From the IMG/VR virus record IMGVR_UViG_3300031565_000032: DNA of 59,057 bases, one strand, 5' to 3'. The DNA is from a virus. Positions 7,023-16,406 of the stretch are shown one piece after another; position 1 is the first letter of the stretch; each line of letters starts with the position of its first letter. Made by a program: the position numbers and the translations under genes. The notes under the pieces are model-generated. The model ran no database searches and was not told the origin of the DNA. It worked only from the letters and a program-made list of their open reading frames with translations.

Positions 7023-8441
7023 ATGTCAATAATAACATTTAACAGTGATACGAAGCACCGGAAGTCCTGGTTCACGGGGTTAAGTTTTAGTCACCCTGCC
7101 AAGATGATGCTGCCCTTACAACTCTGGATTATAGACAACTATACCCAGCCAGGTGACGTGATACTTGACCCTTTGGCTGGCTCCGGTACTGTCATGGTGG
7201 GCTGTTCAATGGGCAGGCATGTTATCTGCGTGGAGCTTGAAAAGAAGTTCTGCGACATGATGCAAGGCAACTGGGCGAAGATACAGCAGCGTGGTTCTCA
7301 GCTCGGTCATTCTATGGGAACGGCCCAAATAATACAGGGTGATGCCAGACAATTAGAGGGGATACTGTGCGATTCTATTATATCTTCACCACCTTACGGC
7401 AACCGCTTATCAGATGCAGAGGTTGATGATAACGACCCCCAGAGAATGTCCTATCGGCAGGCATTGGGGAAGGTAGACAAGATTATAACCAGCCCGCCTT
7501 ATGCAGCGCAAATACAAGGCTCTGGTGCTGATGCTGCCCGTAAGAGGATAGCAGAAGGAAAGTATAATGGATTACGCCCTGATGTCTGGCTCTCCAAAGG
7601 TAACATAGCTGGTTCTACTTATGGGGATGGTTACTCAAAGGACCCTGATAATATTGGATGCTTACCCTATGGCAAATTGGATGCTGTAATAACGTCTCCA
7701 CCGCACGGCGGAAACTCCGAGCCTTACATGAGCAAAGACTTATTGAGAATACGCACGGAGATGGGGCGGGACCCGAGTAAACCATCAGCGCAAACCGAAG
7801 GCTACGGCGATAACCCCAACAATCTGGGTAACTTATCTTATGGTTCTATTGACTCCATTATCACAAGTCCACCGTATGAGGAAGCAATCGGGGAGAAACA
7901 CCACTCGCCAGCACATGAAAGAATATCTAAAGATATACATTGGGATACGACTTATACGGAGCGAGGCCGACCAGACAACATCGGTAACTTAAAATCAGCC
8001 TCATATTTAGAGGCCATGCTTCAGGTATATCAACAGTGCTTTGCCGTGCTGAAGCCTCAAGGTTTACTAATTCTCGTTACTAAAAACTTTATCAGGAATC
8101 GCCAGGAAGTACGTCTTGATGAGGACACTATCAAACTATGTGAGACGGCGGGCTTTACTTTTAAGGAACGCCACTATCGGAAACTCCAATCTCAATCATT
8201 CTGGCGCACGATTGCCTTACTGAAATGCGATAATCGTAAAGGCAGTAAGACAAACCCGAAATGTAAATTAGGACTAAAATGCCCAGTTAAGATTGATAAA
8301 GCCATAATTGCCATGTTATTACCTATGGATACCGAAGAACGAATTAAAACAATAGAGATAATAGAAAAACTATGCCCCCATTTTATAAACACTATGCCAA
8401 AATTGGATAAAGAGGACATATTAATCTTTAGTAAAGAATAA
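7023..8441 (+). CDS. DNA N6/N4 methyltransferase with reiterated catalytic motif IV (472 aa)
   Basis: Motif I VILDPLAGSGT is followed by SSPPY (aa 121-125), TSPPY (156-160), TSPPH (224-228) and TSPPY (281-285). Confidence 0.8.
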   Translation: MSIITFNSDTKHRKSWFTGLSFSHPAKMMLPLQLWIIDNYTQPGDVILDPLAGSGTVMVGCSMGRHVICVELEKKFCDMMQGNWAKIQQRGSQLGHSMGTAQIIQGDARQLEGILCDSIISSPPYGNRLSDAEVDDNDPQRMSYRQALGKVDKIITSPPYAAQIQGSGADAARKRIAEGKYNGLRPDVWLSKGNIAGSTYGDGYSKDPDNIGCLPYGKLDAVITSPPHGGNSEPYMSKDLLRIRTEMGRDPSKPSAQTEGYGDNPNNLGNLSYGSIDSIITSPPYEEAIGEKHHSPAHERISKDIHWDTTYTERGRPDNIGNLKSASYLEAMLQVYQQCFAVLKPQGLLILVTKNFIRNRQEVRLDEDTIKLCETAGFTFKERHYRKLQSQSFWRTIALLKCDNRKGSKTNPKCKLGLKCPVKIDKAIIAMLLPMDTEERIKTIEIIEKLCPHFINTMPKLDKEDILIFSKE

Positions 8442-8492
8442 TCTTACATTAAATAAATAGAAGGTGAAATATTTATCCCTGATGAGGTTTAA

Positions 8493-8687
8493 ATGGATAT
8501 AGAACTTAATGAAATCGCTTACTTAGCTAATGCCTTGAATAGCCAAACAGCCGATATACATCGCATTTGTAAAGAACTTAAAGTAACCATTAAAATCTTG
8601 GAAGCTAAATGCAGAAGTCTAGATACTATCCAAACTCATATATTTAAAAACATTAATTTAATAAGTAAAGGAAGTTTAAAAGAATAA
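8493..8687 (+). CDS. Hypothetical protein (64 aa)
   Basis: ORF track. Confidence 0.55.
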   Translation: MDIELNEIAYLANALNSQTADIHRICKELKVTIKILEAKCRSLDTIQTHIFKNINLISKGSLKE

Positions 8688-8704
8688 AAAAAGGAGTAGG
8701 TATT

Positions 8705-9133
8705 ATGGGAAAAAACAATGTAATGGGCGCAGTATCACTAACGCCAGACCGCAAGGCACGCTTTGAGAGCTTTGCGGGGTCAAGGGGTATGACTCTATCT
8801 AAGATGTTTAGGGAAGCTGCTAACTTTTACATGGAATTTGACTTCGACTTGTTTTGTATGCTCAAGGTTGTCTCCCAGGATACGGGACTCCCGATGGGTA
8901 ATATTATCGAACGCTATTGTCTGGCTTTTATGGCCGAGCTTGAGGCCGAGGACAGGGTATCCGGTGGGCGGATAAACAAAGCCATGATAGAGCTAGCCCC
9001 CGGTATGAATGCCCTTGAATTTTATAACTTCTGGCTGAAAATGAGCATACAGGAATTAAGCGATAACTTGCAAAAACAGGCCGATATCGATTCTAAGGAA
9101 GAGGTAGTGCCTAAGTATTGGAAGTCTAAATGA
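8705..9133 (+). CDS. Hypothetical protein, possibly a ribbon-helix-helix N-terminus (142 aa)
   Basis: AAGGAGTAGGTATT then ATG. SLTPDRKARFESFAGSRGMTLSKMFREAANFY resembles a CopG/RHH segment. Confidence 0.6.
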   Translation: MGKNNVMGAVSLTPDRKARFESFAGSRGMTLSKMFREAANFYMEFDFDLFCMLKVVSQDTGLPMGNIIERYCLAFMAELEAEDRVSGGRINKAMIELAPGMNALEFYNFWLKMSIQELSDNLQKQADIDSKEEVVPKYWKSK

Positions 9134-10164
9134 TAATTGACGGTAAGCATATAGGTGATGAGTGCTACGTTATAGCTGAAATAGGCCATAATCACGGAGG
9201 TAGTTTACAAACGGCCTTAGAGATGATTAAAGTAGCTAAAGAATGCGGTGCGGATGCTGTCAAGTTCCAGAAGAGGGATAACAAAACACTTTACACTAAA
9301 GAACTGTACGACTCGCCCTATGTCAATGAGAACAGTTACGGCAAGACTTACGGAGAACACCGTGAAGCACTGGAGTTTAATGATGAATACCATAAATTAC
9401 AGATATACTCTAAAGAAATCGGTATAACGATGTTCGCCACCGCCTTTGATTTTAAGAGTGCCGACTTTCTCTTTGATTTAGGTGTGCCGGCTTTCAAGAT
9501 AGCGTCCGGTGATTTAACCAACACCCCTCTATTGGAGTATGTAGCTCATTTCCAGAAACCGATGATAGTCTCCACTGGGGGAGGTACGATAACTGATGTT
9601 GTAAGAGCGTATAGCACTATTATGCCGATTAATTCTCAGTTGTGTTTCATGCAATGCACCTGTAGTTACCCCTGTGATTTTAAAGAGATGAACTTAAACG
9701 TAGTCAAGACCTATCGAGAGATATTCCCTGGTATAGTTGTAGGACTCTCCGCCCACGATAGCGGTATTGCGATGTCCTTAGTGGGTTATATGTTGGGAGC
9801 GAGAATTATAGAGAAGCATTTTACCTTAAACAGAGCCTCAAAGGGAACCGACCATGCTTTCTCCTTAGAACCTCAAGGACTCAGGAAGTTAGTACGTGAC
9901 TTAAAGAGAGCGCACTTAGCTTTAGGCGATGGTATTAAGCAATTTTACGCCAGCGAATCGAATGGTCTACGCAAGATGGGTAAGAAATTAGTGGTTTCAA
10001 GTGACTTACCGATTGGTCATACCTTAACGTATGATGATATTGCCATAAAATCTCCCAACGATGGTTTACCCCCTTATGAGATAAGTAATGTCATCGGGAA
10101 GAATACTCTCAGGGCATTAAAGGAGGATGAGAACGTCACTTTTGAGGATTTAGTAGATGGGTAG
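9130..10164 (+). CDS. neuB: NeuB-family nonulosonic (sialic) acid synthase 1, with SAF-type C-terminus (344 aa)
   Basis: YVIAEIGHNHGGSLQTALEMIKVAKECGADAVKFQKR, FKIASGDLTN, GLSAHDSGI, IIEKHFTL, GTDHAFSLEP. The YGKTYGEHREALEF segment resembles the animal-type NANS subfamily. Confidence 0.85.
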   Translation: MIIDGKHIGDECYVIAEIGHNHGGSLQTALEMIKVAKECGADAVKFQKRDNKTLYTKELYDSPYVNENSYGKTYGEHREALEFNDEYHKLQIYSKEIGITMFATAFDFKSADFLFDLGVPAFKIASGDLTNTPLLEYVAHFQKPMIVSTGGGTITDVVRAYSTIMPINSQLCFMQCTCSYPCDFKEMNLNVVKTYREIFPGIVVGLSAHDSGIAMSLVGYMLGARIIEKHFTLNRASKGTDHAFSLEPQGLRKLVRDLKRAHLALGDGIKQFYASESNGLRKMGKKLVVSSDLPIGHTLTYDDIAIKSPNDGLPPYEISNVIGKNTLRALKEDENVTFEDLVDG

Positions 10165-12181
10165 AAACTACTCGCTGTATAGAGGTACTATCCAGGTAAA
10201 TGATAATTTTAGTGTCCTTAAAACAATGCTGGATGATACAGAGGCAGCCCCCGGGATTTATAAACCTACTATTTACTGGAAGACTTATGAAAAGTTCTCT
10301 CTCCCCGAATTATTACATTTAGGATTGCATGATTTTAGGAGAAGAAAGGAAACAATCCTCTCTAAATTCGGGGCGACTGATTATAACCCGGAAATACCAA
10401 TTGATTTTAAGAAAAGCAAAATTATAGAGAAGCTGCATAATGCACAAATTAGATTAATTGACAAGGCAGTTCGTCATAGAATGAAAACCTCCGTAGATAA
10501 AGAGTCTAAACGAATAGGGGCTAAATCATTCAGGGAATTTGAAGCATCTGTAGTTGGCAACCCCGAACACGTCATTGAAATAGACGGCAAGTTGTACACC
10601 TATAAAATCCTGCATTATTACAGGCAGTATTTATATTGCTGTCGCTATATTAACTTTGATTCGGTTAAAACAATGGTTGAACTTGGCAGTGGGGCGGGGA
10701 AACAGGCCGAAGTGATTAAGAAATTGTATCCTGATATCTGTATATTGCTTTTTGATATCCCCCCTCAATTATACGTATGCCAGCAGTATTTATCTGCTGT
10801 TTTCCCTGATTGTGTAGTGCCTTACGAATCTACCAGAGAGATGACAAAGTTGCCGGAAGACCGAAGGGGTAAAATCTTCTTATTCGGGAGTCATAAATTC
10901 CCCATTCTTGATAGTATCGAGAGCGACTTATTCTGGAGTGCGTGCTCCTTTCAGGAGATGGAGCCGGAAGTGGTGGCGAATTATTTAAGCTATGTGAATC
11001 GTTCCGCGAAAACCGTTTACCTGGCTCAAATGATGGAAGGGAAGCATTTAATTTCAAAAACCCGATCCAGGGGGGTATTTAAACCCACGGTCTTTGAGGA
11101 CTACAAACGTGGGCTTTCAAATTTTAATCTATTAGATTGTTCACCAACCCCTATGGCATCATCGGATAAAGAAAGCAGTTCTTTCTGGGTGCGTAAACTA
11201 AAAGTAGACACTGAGGTTACAAAAGAAGAGAAAGTTGATTTGCAGAATAGCAGTAATGCCCTCTTAAATTGGTTTCTCCACCCGTCCGATTTAGAAGGGC
11301 ATACTCTATACATGATAGCTATGAATATCAAGGCTGCATACCATAATCTCCACATGTTTGAGGGAGAGGAAATTGAGAAAGACATCCCATCTATAGATTG
11401 GTCTAAGTATAAGGACCAAGATTACATAGAACCCTTGAAACGATTACAGCAAACGGAGAAATTAAATCACTATATATCTCATTTCATTCTACATGGGAGT
11501 CTGGCAACCCGTGATTACATTAAAGGGTGGAGTGATGTCGATGCTCTTCTGGTGATTAAAAAGGAAACGTTGGACGACCCGGGCAAATTACTTGAATTAC
11601 GAGAGTTATGTCTTGCAATGCACCCTATTCTTGGGGAAATAGACCCCTTACACCATCATGGATTGCAGTTTATTACAGAATATGATTTAGAGGCTTATCC
11701 CGATACGTTCCTACCCCCCGTTATCTTTGATTACTCCGTTTCACTCCTGGGGCAAAGTAAAATGAACCTTAGAGTAAGGGACTGTGGTGAGGAATGGTTT
11801 GTAGTATTCCATAAAATATGTGAGACCTTAAAACAAGCCTGCGAACAGGGTGAATTGAGGCATCACCCCTACAAGGGGGAGTTTCTTTTAAGCCACTTTA
11901 GAAATGATGCGATGTACCAACTCAAATATCTGCTCTCGTTAGTCATGCTGCTGCCATCCTACTATCTTGGGCTTAAAGGGAAGAGTGTTTATAAGAAATA
12001 TTCCTTTGATGCTTGCCCCAAGTTTAAGAATTGGGGAATTGTTGAGAAGGCTTCTAATATACGTAGCCTTTGGGTTGAAACAGAAGGGAACAAAATCTCT
12101 GGTTGGGTAAAGGAAATACTTGGTGAAGACTACCTGTGTGAAGCATCTAAACTGGCTGAGGAGATGAATGACCGACTTTAA
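10157..12181 (+). CDS. Two-domain protein: N-terminal class-I SAM methyltransferase-like domain (sugar O-methyltransferase-like) plus C-terminal nucleotidyltransferase-fold domain (674 aa)
   Basis: VELGSGAGKQAEVIKKLYPDICILLFDIP (GxGxG + acidic strand-2) in the N-terminal half. FILHGSLATRDYIKGWSDVDALLVI (hG[GS]x9-13D.D NTase signature) at about aa 455-480. Confidence 0.55.
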   Translation: MGRNYSLYRGTIQVNDNFSVLKTMLDDTEAAPGIYKPTIYWKTYEKFSLPELLHLGLHDFRRRKETILSKFGATDYNPEIPIDFKKSKIIEKLHNAQIRLIDKAVRHRMKTSVDKESKRIGAKSFREFEASVVGNPEHVIEIDGKLYTYKILHYYRQYLYCCRYINFDSVKTMVELGSGAGKQAEVIKKLYPDICILLFDIPPQLYVCQQYLSAVFPDCVVPYESTREMTKLPEDRRGKIFLFGSHKFPILDSIESDLFWSACSFQEMEPEVVANYLSYVNRSAKTVYLAQMMEGKHLISKTRSRGVFKPTVFEDYKRGLSNFNLLDCSPTPMASSDKESSSFWVRKLKVDTEVTKEEKVDLQNSSNALLNWFLHPSDLEGHTLYMIAMNIKAAYHNLHMFEGEEIEKDIPSIDWSKYKDQDYIEPLKRLQQTEKLNHYISHFILHGSLATRDYIKGWSDVDALLVIKKETLDDPGKLLELRELCLAMHPILGEIDPLHHHGLQFITEYDLEAYPDTFLPPVIFDYSVSLLGQSKMNLRVRDCGEEWFVVFHKICETLKQACEQGELRHHPYKGEFLLSHFRNDAMYQLKYLLSLVMLLPSYYLGLKGKSVYKKYSFDACPKFKNWGIVEKASNIRSLWVETEGNKISGWVKEILGEDYLCEASKLAEEMNDRL

Positions 12182-13037
12182 ATATCCACCTGTTTTAAGC
12201 ATGGCAGACTACATGGAGGTGATTGACTTATTCTGTCAGGACAATAGGAAAGCGAAGGCTATTTATACTATCGGCACTATAAACGACCCTGGTATCTCAG
12301 ATATTGACTTTCTGGTAGTTGATGCTGTGCCTAAAATCAGTCCGAAGGTCAGGGAATACCTTGTGGGTGGCAATGTGCTTGTTATGCCGGAATCTATGAT
12401 GAAATACATCAATTATTTGGAACGGTTTGACTTGCAGCAGGTCTGGGGTGATGAATTAGAAATTGAAAAGAACGAAAACGAATTATTTGATGCCATTGAA
12501 ATTATAGAGTGGCTTCCTGAGCGTATCTGCCTGCTGGAACATCTTAAGAGTGTCCATGATATTAGACGGACTCTATTGTATTTGAAATCAATGGATTTAA
12601 GTATCAGGAATGTTGAAAAATATCTTAATATCGCATTCCCCAGGATTAGCAATGAGGAAATCCGTAGCAATTACCGTGCTTTATCTAATGTCGTGGGTGA
12701 ATATATTAGGGTAGCGCATCAGGCGTGGGAAATGTTTGAAGAGAGAACAAACTTCTTTACAGGGGAGGTTGATGGTAGCGTGAATTTCTCCAATTATTAT
12801 ACGTTTACAAACCGATTTCCCTTGTTGATGCAATACCTGTGCTATATAACCTCAATACAGTGTAGTTTTTCACGGAGACTGAGGCGGTTCGCCCAACTAA
12901 AGGGTTATCTATCTTTCAATGACTGGGATTTAGAATGCTTGATTTCATTTCGGGTGGGCTTAATGAATGAATTATACCAGTGGTTTGTAAAGGAGAACCT
13001 TAAATCGGGGATGATTAAATATGGATGGATTCTCTAA
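12168..13037 (+). CDS. Hypothetical protein with a nucleotidyltransferase-like G..x..SDIDFLVV signature (289 aa)
   Basis: IYTIGTINDPGISDIDFLVVD near the N-terminus; 14-nt overlap with the upstream gene. Confidence 0.45.
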   Translation: MTDFKYPPVLSMADYMEVIDLFCQDNRKAKAIYTIGTINDPGISDIDFLVVDAVPKISPKVREYLVGGNVLVMPESMMKYINYLERFDLQQVWGDELEIEKNENELFDAIEIIEWLPERICLLEHLKSVHDIRRTLLYLKSMDLSIRNVEKYLNIAFPRISNEEIRSNYRALSNVVGEYIRVAHQAWEMFEERTNFFTGEVDGSVNFSNYYTFTNRFPLLMQYLCYITSIQCSFSRRLRRFAQLKGYLSFNDWDLECLISFRVGLMNELYQWFVKENLKSGMIKYGWIL

Positions 13038-13112
13038 AGAACTACGCCTGCTCGGTAGGCCAAAGGTTTTCCCATTCTGGGACAATATGATAGAAATATA
13101 TGCGGTGAAATA

Positions 13113-13937
13113 GTGATTATAGGTTGCATAAACAAAACATTCAGTAAACTACCCCGCCGGTGGAATGGTTTACACCTTGAAGACAGCCACTACTATTGTA
13201 TAATTAATCCCTGTTTTCTGCGTGGGGAGCAGAGTGTCCCCTATGCACTATTATTCGGGCAGGAAATCTTTGAGTTGATATCCGTTCACGTACCCCTTAA
13301 TTTAGGGGGTAGTGTTCTGGATGTAGGTTGTGGAGATGGTAGATTGGCCTCTGCCTTTGTCAGAGGGAATAAGAATAAATTTCATGGTATTTATGCGGGT
13401 TTTGATGTTGACCCAAATAGAATCAAGGCATTAAAACAACTACTAAGAACAAACGACAATTTTTCATTTATATATGCGGATATATTCCACCCCTACTACA
13501 ATACAAAAGGAACGATACAGCCTGATGAGTACAGGTTTGAATACCCCGATGAGAGTTTTGACCTTGTTATATTCAATTCAATTTTCACCCACATTCGGTT
13601 AAAAACAATTGAACGTAATTTAAGAGAAGCCTACCGTTGTTTAAAACCTGGAGGGAAGGTATGGGCAACATTCTATCTTATAGACCAGTTCTATAATCCC
13701 AAGTATAAAGGATTGAAATGGCACTTTAACTGGAAATGCGAAGAGGGATTTACGGCAGTACATGATACCCCTTCGTCTTGCATGGCCTATCCAATCAAAA
13801 AGGTAGGTGTTTTATGTAAGGAGATAGGCTTTTCTATTGAGAAATACATAATCGGCTATTGGAAGATAATTAGACGAACACTGGATAATACCGAGCAGGA
13901 CGTTTTGATATTAAGGAAACCAGATGGAATGGAATAA
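13113..13937 (+). CDS. Class I SAM-dependent methyltransferase (274 aa, GTG start)
   Basis: VLDVGCGDGRLA (motif I), GFDVD, DLVIFNSIFTH, LKPGGKVWATF. Confidence 0.8.
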   Translation: MIIGCINKTFSKLPRRWNGLHLEDSHYYCIINPCFLRGEQSVPYALLFGQEIFELISVHVPLNLGGSVLDVGCGDGRLASAFVRGNKNKFHGIYAGFDVDPNRIKALKQLLRTNDNFSFIYADIFHPYYNTKGTIQPDEYRFEYPDESFDLVIFNSIFTHIRLKTIERNLREAYRCLKPGGKVWATFYLIDQFYNPKYKGLKWHFNWKCEEGFTAVHDTPSSCMAYPIKKVGVLCKEIGFSIEKYIIGYWKIIRRTLDNTEQDVLILRKPDGME

Positions 13938-15267
13938 CTTAGAGTTACCATTGGCCTATTATCAGGATGATGCTGTTTATCATATTTGCGGTGATGCATT
14001 AAAGGTACTTCCCGAACTGCCGAGTGATAGCATTGACTTATTGGCTACTGACCCGCCGTATGGGATAGGGTTCATGGGGAAGGACTGGGACAAGGCGTTA
14101 CCCGATAAAAGGATATGGCAAGAATGTTTCAGGGTATTAAAGGACGGGTCGTTCGCCTTTGTGATGAGCATACCCAGAGCCGACTGTCTCTCAAGGATGA
14201 TTATAAGTTTAGAGGATGCGGGATTCATGGTGAACTTCACGCCTATCTTCTGGGCGTATGCCAGTGGATTCCCGAAGGCGCAGAATATCAGTAAAGCAGT
14301 GGATAAGAGGTTGGGGGCTGAAAGGGAAGTGGTGGGTGATGACCCCGAAGCCAAGCGAAGAAATAAAGCCACGACTAAATTTTCCAATCTCTACGGTGAT
14401 ATAAATGACTTACCCGTTATCCCCCTAACAGCTCCCGCCACTCCCCAAGCCAAAGCCCTAGACGGCAGTTATGGGGGATTCCAACCAAAACCCGCCGTTG
14501 AAATCATAATCGTGGCGATGAAGCCGTTAAGTGAAAAGACCTTTGTTGACCAGGCTCTTAGAAACAGGAAGGGTATCACGTGGCTGGATGACGGACGGAT
14601 ACCCTATGAGAGTGAAGTTGACAAAGACATACTAGAAGCAAAAGCCAGTAAGGTTTTTAGTGGCGTAAAACCTTTTGGTGGGGTTAATGGTATAGGTAGT
14701 GCCCTGAAGCCAAATAATCAAGGTCGTTTTCCAGCCAATCTCTTAGTCAGTGATGATGTACTGAATGACGGTAGGGTAACAAAGTCAACTGGCGGTAATC
14801 AGGCTAACAGAACCGATGCTATATGGGGTAATGCTAGATATTCTCCTGAGTCAAAAGGATTAGGCGACTCTGGTTCATTCTCCCGCTACTTTGATTTAGA
14901 CAAGTGGGCTGAAACACTCCCCTTTTTAATCGTACCAAAAGCCAGCAAGTCAGAGAAGAATAAATATCTTGATAAAGGAGAAACTCCATTCTTGCCATCG
15001 GGAGCATTTGAAACAAACGGCGGTGAAAAGAAACACACTTTAATGAGAAATAATCACCCCACCGTCAAGCCTCTTAAACTCATGTCCTATCTAATCATGC
15101 TAGGTTCAAGGGAAGGTGATATAGTCTTAGACCCCTTCGGCGGTTCGGGTACTACGGCACTGGCCAGCAAGCAGTTAAATCGGCGTTGCATTATCTCGGA
15201 GTTAAAAGAGCCGTATTGTGAAATCGCAGCTAAAAGATGTTCACAAAGTGTAATGAGGTTAGGATGA
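13924..15267 (+). CDS. DNA methyltransferase, N4/N6 beta-class (447 aa)
   Basis: DLLATDPPYGI (motif IV) near the N-terminus and IVLDPFGGSGTTALAS (motif I) near the C-terminus. Confidence 0.85.
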   Translation: MEWNNLELPLAYYQDDAVYHICGDALKVLPELPSDSIDLLATDPPYGIGFMGKDWDKALPDKRIWQECFRVLKDGSFAFVMSIPRADCLSRMIISLEDAGFMVNFTPIFWAYASGFPKAQNISKAVDKRLGAEREVVGDDPEAKRRNKATTKFSNLYGDINDLPVIPLTAPATPQAKALDGSYGGFQPKPAVEIIIVAMKPLSEKTFVDQALRNRKGITWLDDGRIPYESEVDKDILEAKASKVFSGVKPFGGVNGIGSALKPNNQGRFPANLLVSDDVLNDGRVTKSTGGNQANRTDAIWGNARYSPESKGLGDSGSFSRYFDLDKWAETLPFLIVPKASKSEKNKYLDKGETPFLPSGAFETNGGEKKHTLMRNNHPTVKPLKLMSYLIMLGSREGDIVLDPFGGSGTTALASKQLNRRCIISELKEPYCEIAAKRCSQSVMRLG

Positions 15268-16406
15268 ATAATATTGTACTTGTAACGCACTGTGTAGATA
15301 CCGAGGGGCCAATTGGTGGTGATGTCCGCAGGAGAGAAGACGGCTCACAGGAGTTCATGGGCACATGGGAAGAGATAATGGAGTCGTTGGGTGAACTTAC
15401 ATCTGACCGTTTCCGCCAATTACACGCTGATAGTTTCGGCAATCCCTATTTGTATAACTGGTTTCTCATGGACTTCACAGGGTTTAAGACAAATCCTAAG
15501 AACCGTGTTACGAAATATAATGATACCTATGACCACATCATTTCATTGCCTACTCAATTCGACCACCTGTACTGGCATTACCATCACCCCCCAACGAACG
15601 GGGTAGGCGACCAATGGAGTGGTGATTGGGATTCAAGCGATGAATATAATAATATTCTCTGCCACAGGTTGATTGACCGACATGATTTCCCCGAAGTGTT
15701 CCGTGCGGGCGGGACGATTGAAGACAACAAGTGCTCCCACTGGCTTGAGAAGAATATTATGGTTGACTATTCCAACCGTGTTTCTAAAAAGTCGTACCCC
15801 ACGGATAACATTTTTGACTTCAACTGGTTTGGTACACCATCACACCAGGGCTTTTATCATCCTTCTTTTGAAGACTTTACAAAGCCCGGGAGTATGAGGC
15901 GATATATTGTAAAATGCAATGATTTAAAATCTCGGTTATGCGAGGTAAATCAATACGATGTAGATGAATGCTTTGCTATGGCCAGATATTATGAACGGCC
16001 TATTTTACTGTCTTACTTCAGCCACGACCATCGAGATATGAGGGAAGAGACCGACTGCGTATATAAAATGCTTACCAAGGCGTCACTTAAATATAATATT
16101 AACTGGGAATACTGCGGTGCACTCGCGGCTGTCCAGCGATTAGACAATCTTGATATTAAAAAAGTATTTATGGATGTTGAAATAATTAGAGACATGATGG
16201 TCATTAAAACCGATAGCCCTATTTACCAGGATGAACCATTTGTTGCCGTAAAGTACGATAGAGAGTATGCCAGACTATACCCTATCAGGGTAGATGATTG
16301 GTGGTGGTGTAATATTCGGTACGCCTTAGATATTGGGGTTGCGGTAACTTCTTTAAGTGGGAATAAGACCGTGTGGAGTAAAAATGTTAGCTATTATACA
16401 GGCTAG
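15264..16406 (+). CDS. Hypothetical protein in the sugar island, possibly carbohydrate esterase/deacetylase-like (380 aa)
   Basis: ATGA overlap with the upstream stop. MNNIVLVTHCVDTEGP start, His-rich (YWHYHHPP, FSHDHRD). The functional guess is weak. Confidence 0.5.
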   Translation: MNNIVLVTHCVDTEGPIGGDVRRREDGSQEFMGTWEEIMESLGELTSDRFRQLHADSFGNPYLYNWFLMDFTGFKTNPKNRVTKYNDTYDHIISLPTQFDHLYWHYHHPPTNGVGDQWSGDWDSSDEYNNILCHRLIDRHDFPEVFRAGGTIEDNKCSHWLEKNIMVDYSNRVSKKSYPTDNIFDFNWFGTPSHQGFYHPSFEDFTKPGSMRRYIVKCNDLKSRLCEVNQYDVDECFAMARYYERPILLSYFSHDHRDMREETDCVYKMLTKASLKYNINWEYCGALAAVQRLDNLDIKKVFMDVEIIRDMMVIKTDSPIYQDEPFVAVKYDREYARLYPIRVDDWWWCNIRYALDIGVAVTSLSGNKTVWSKNVSYYTG

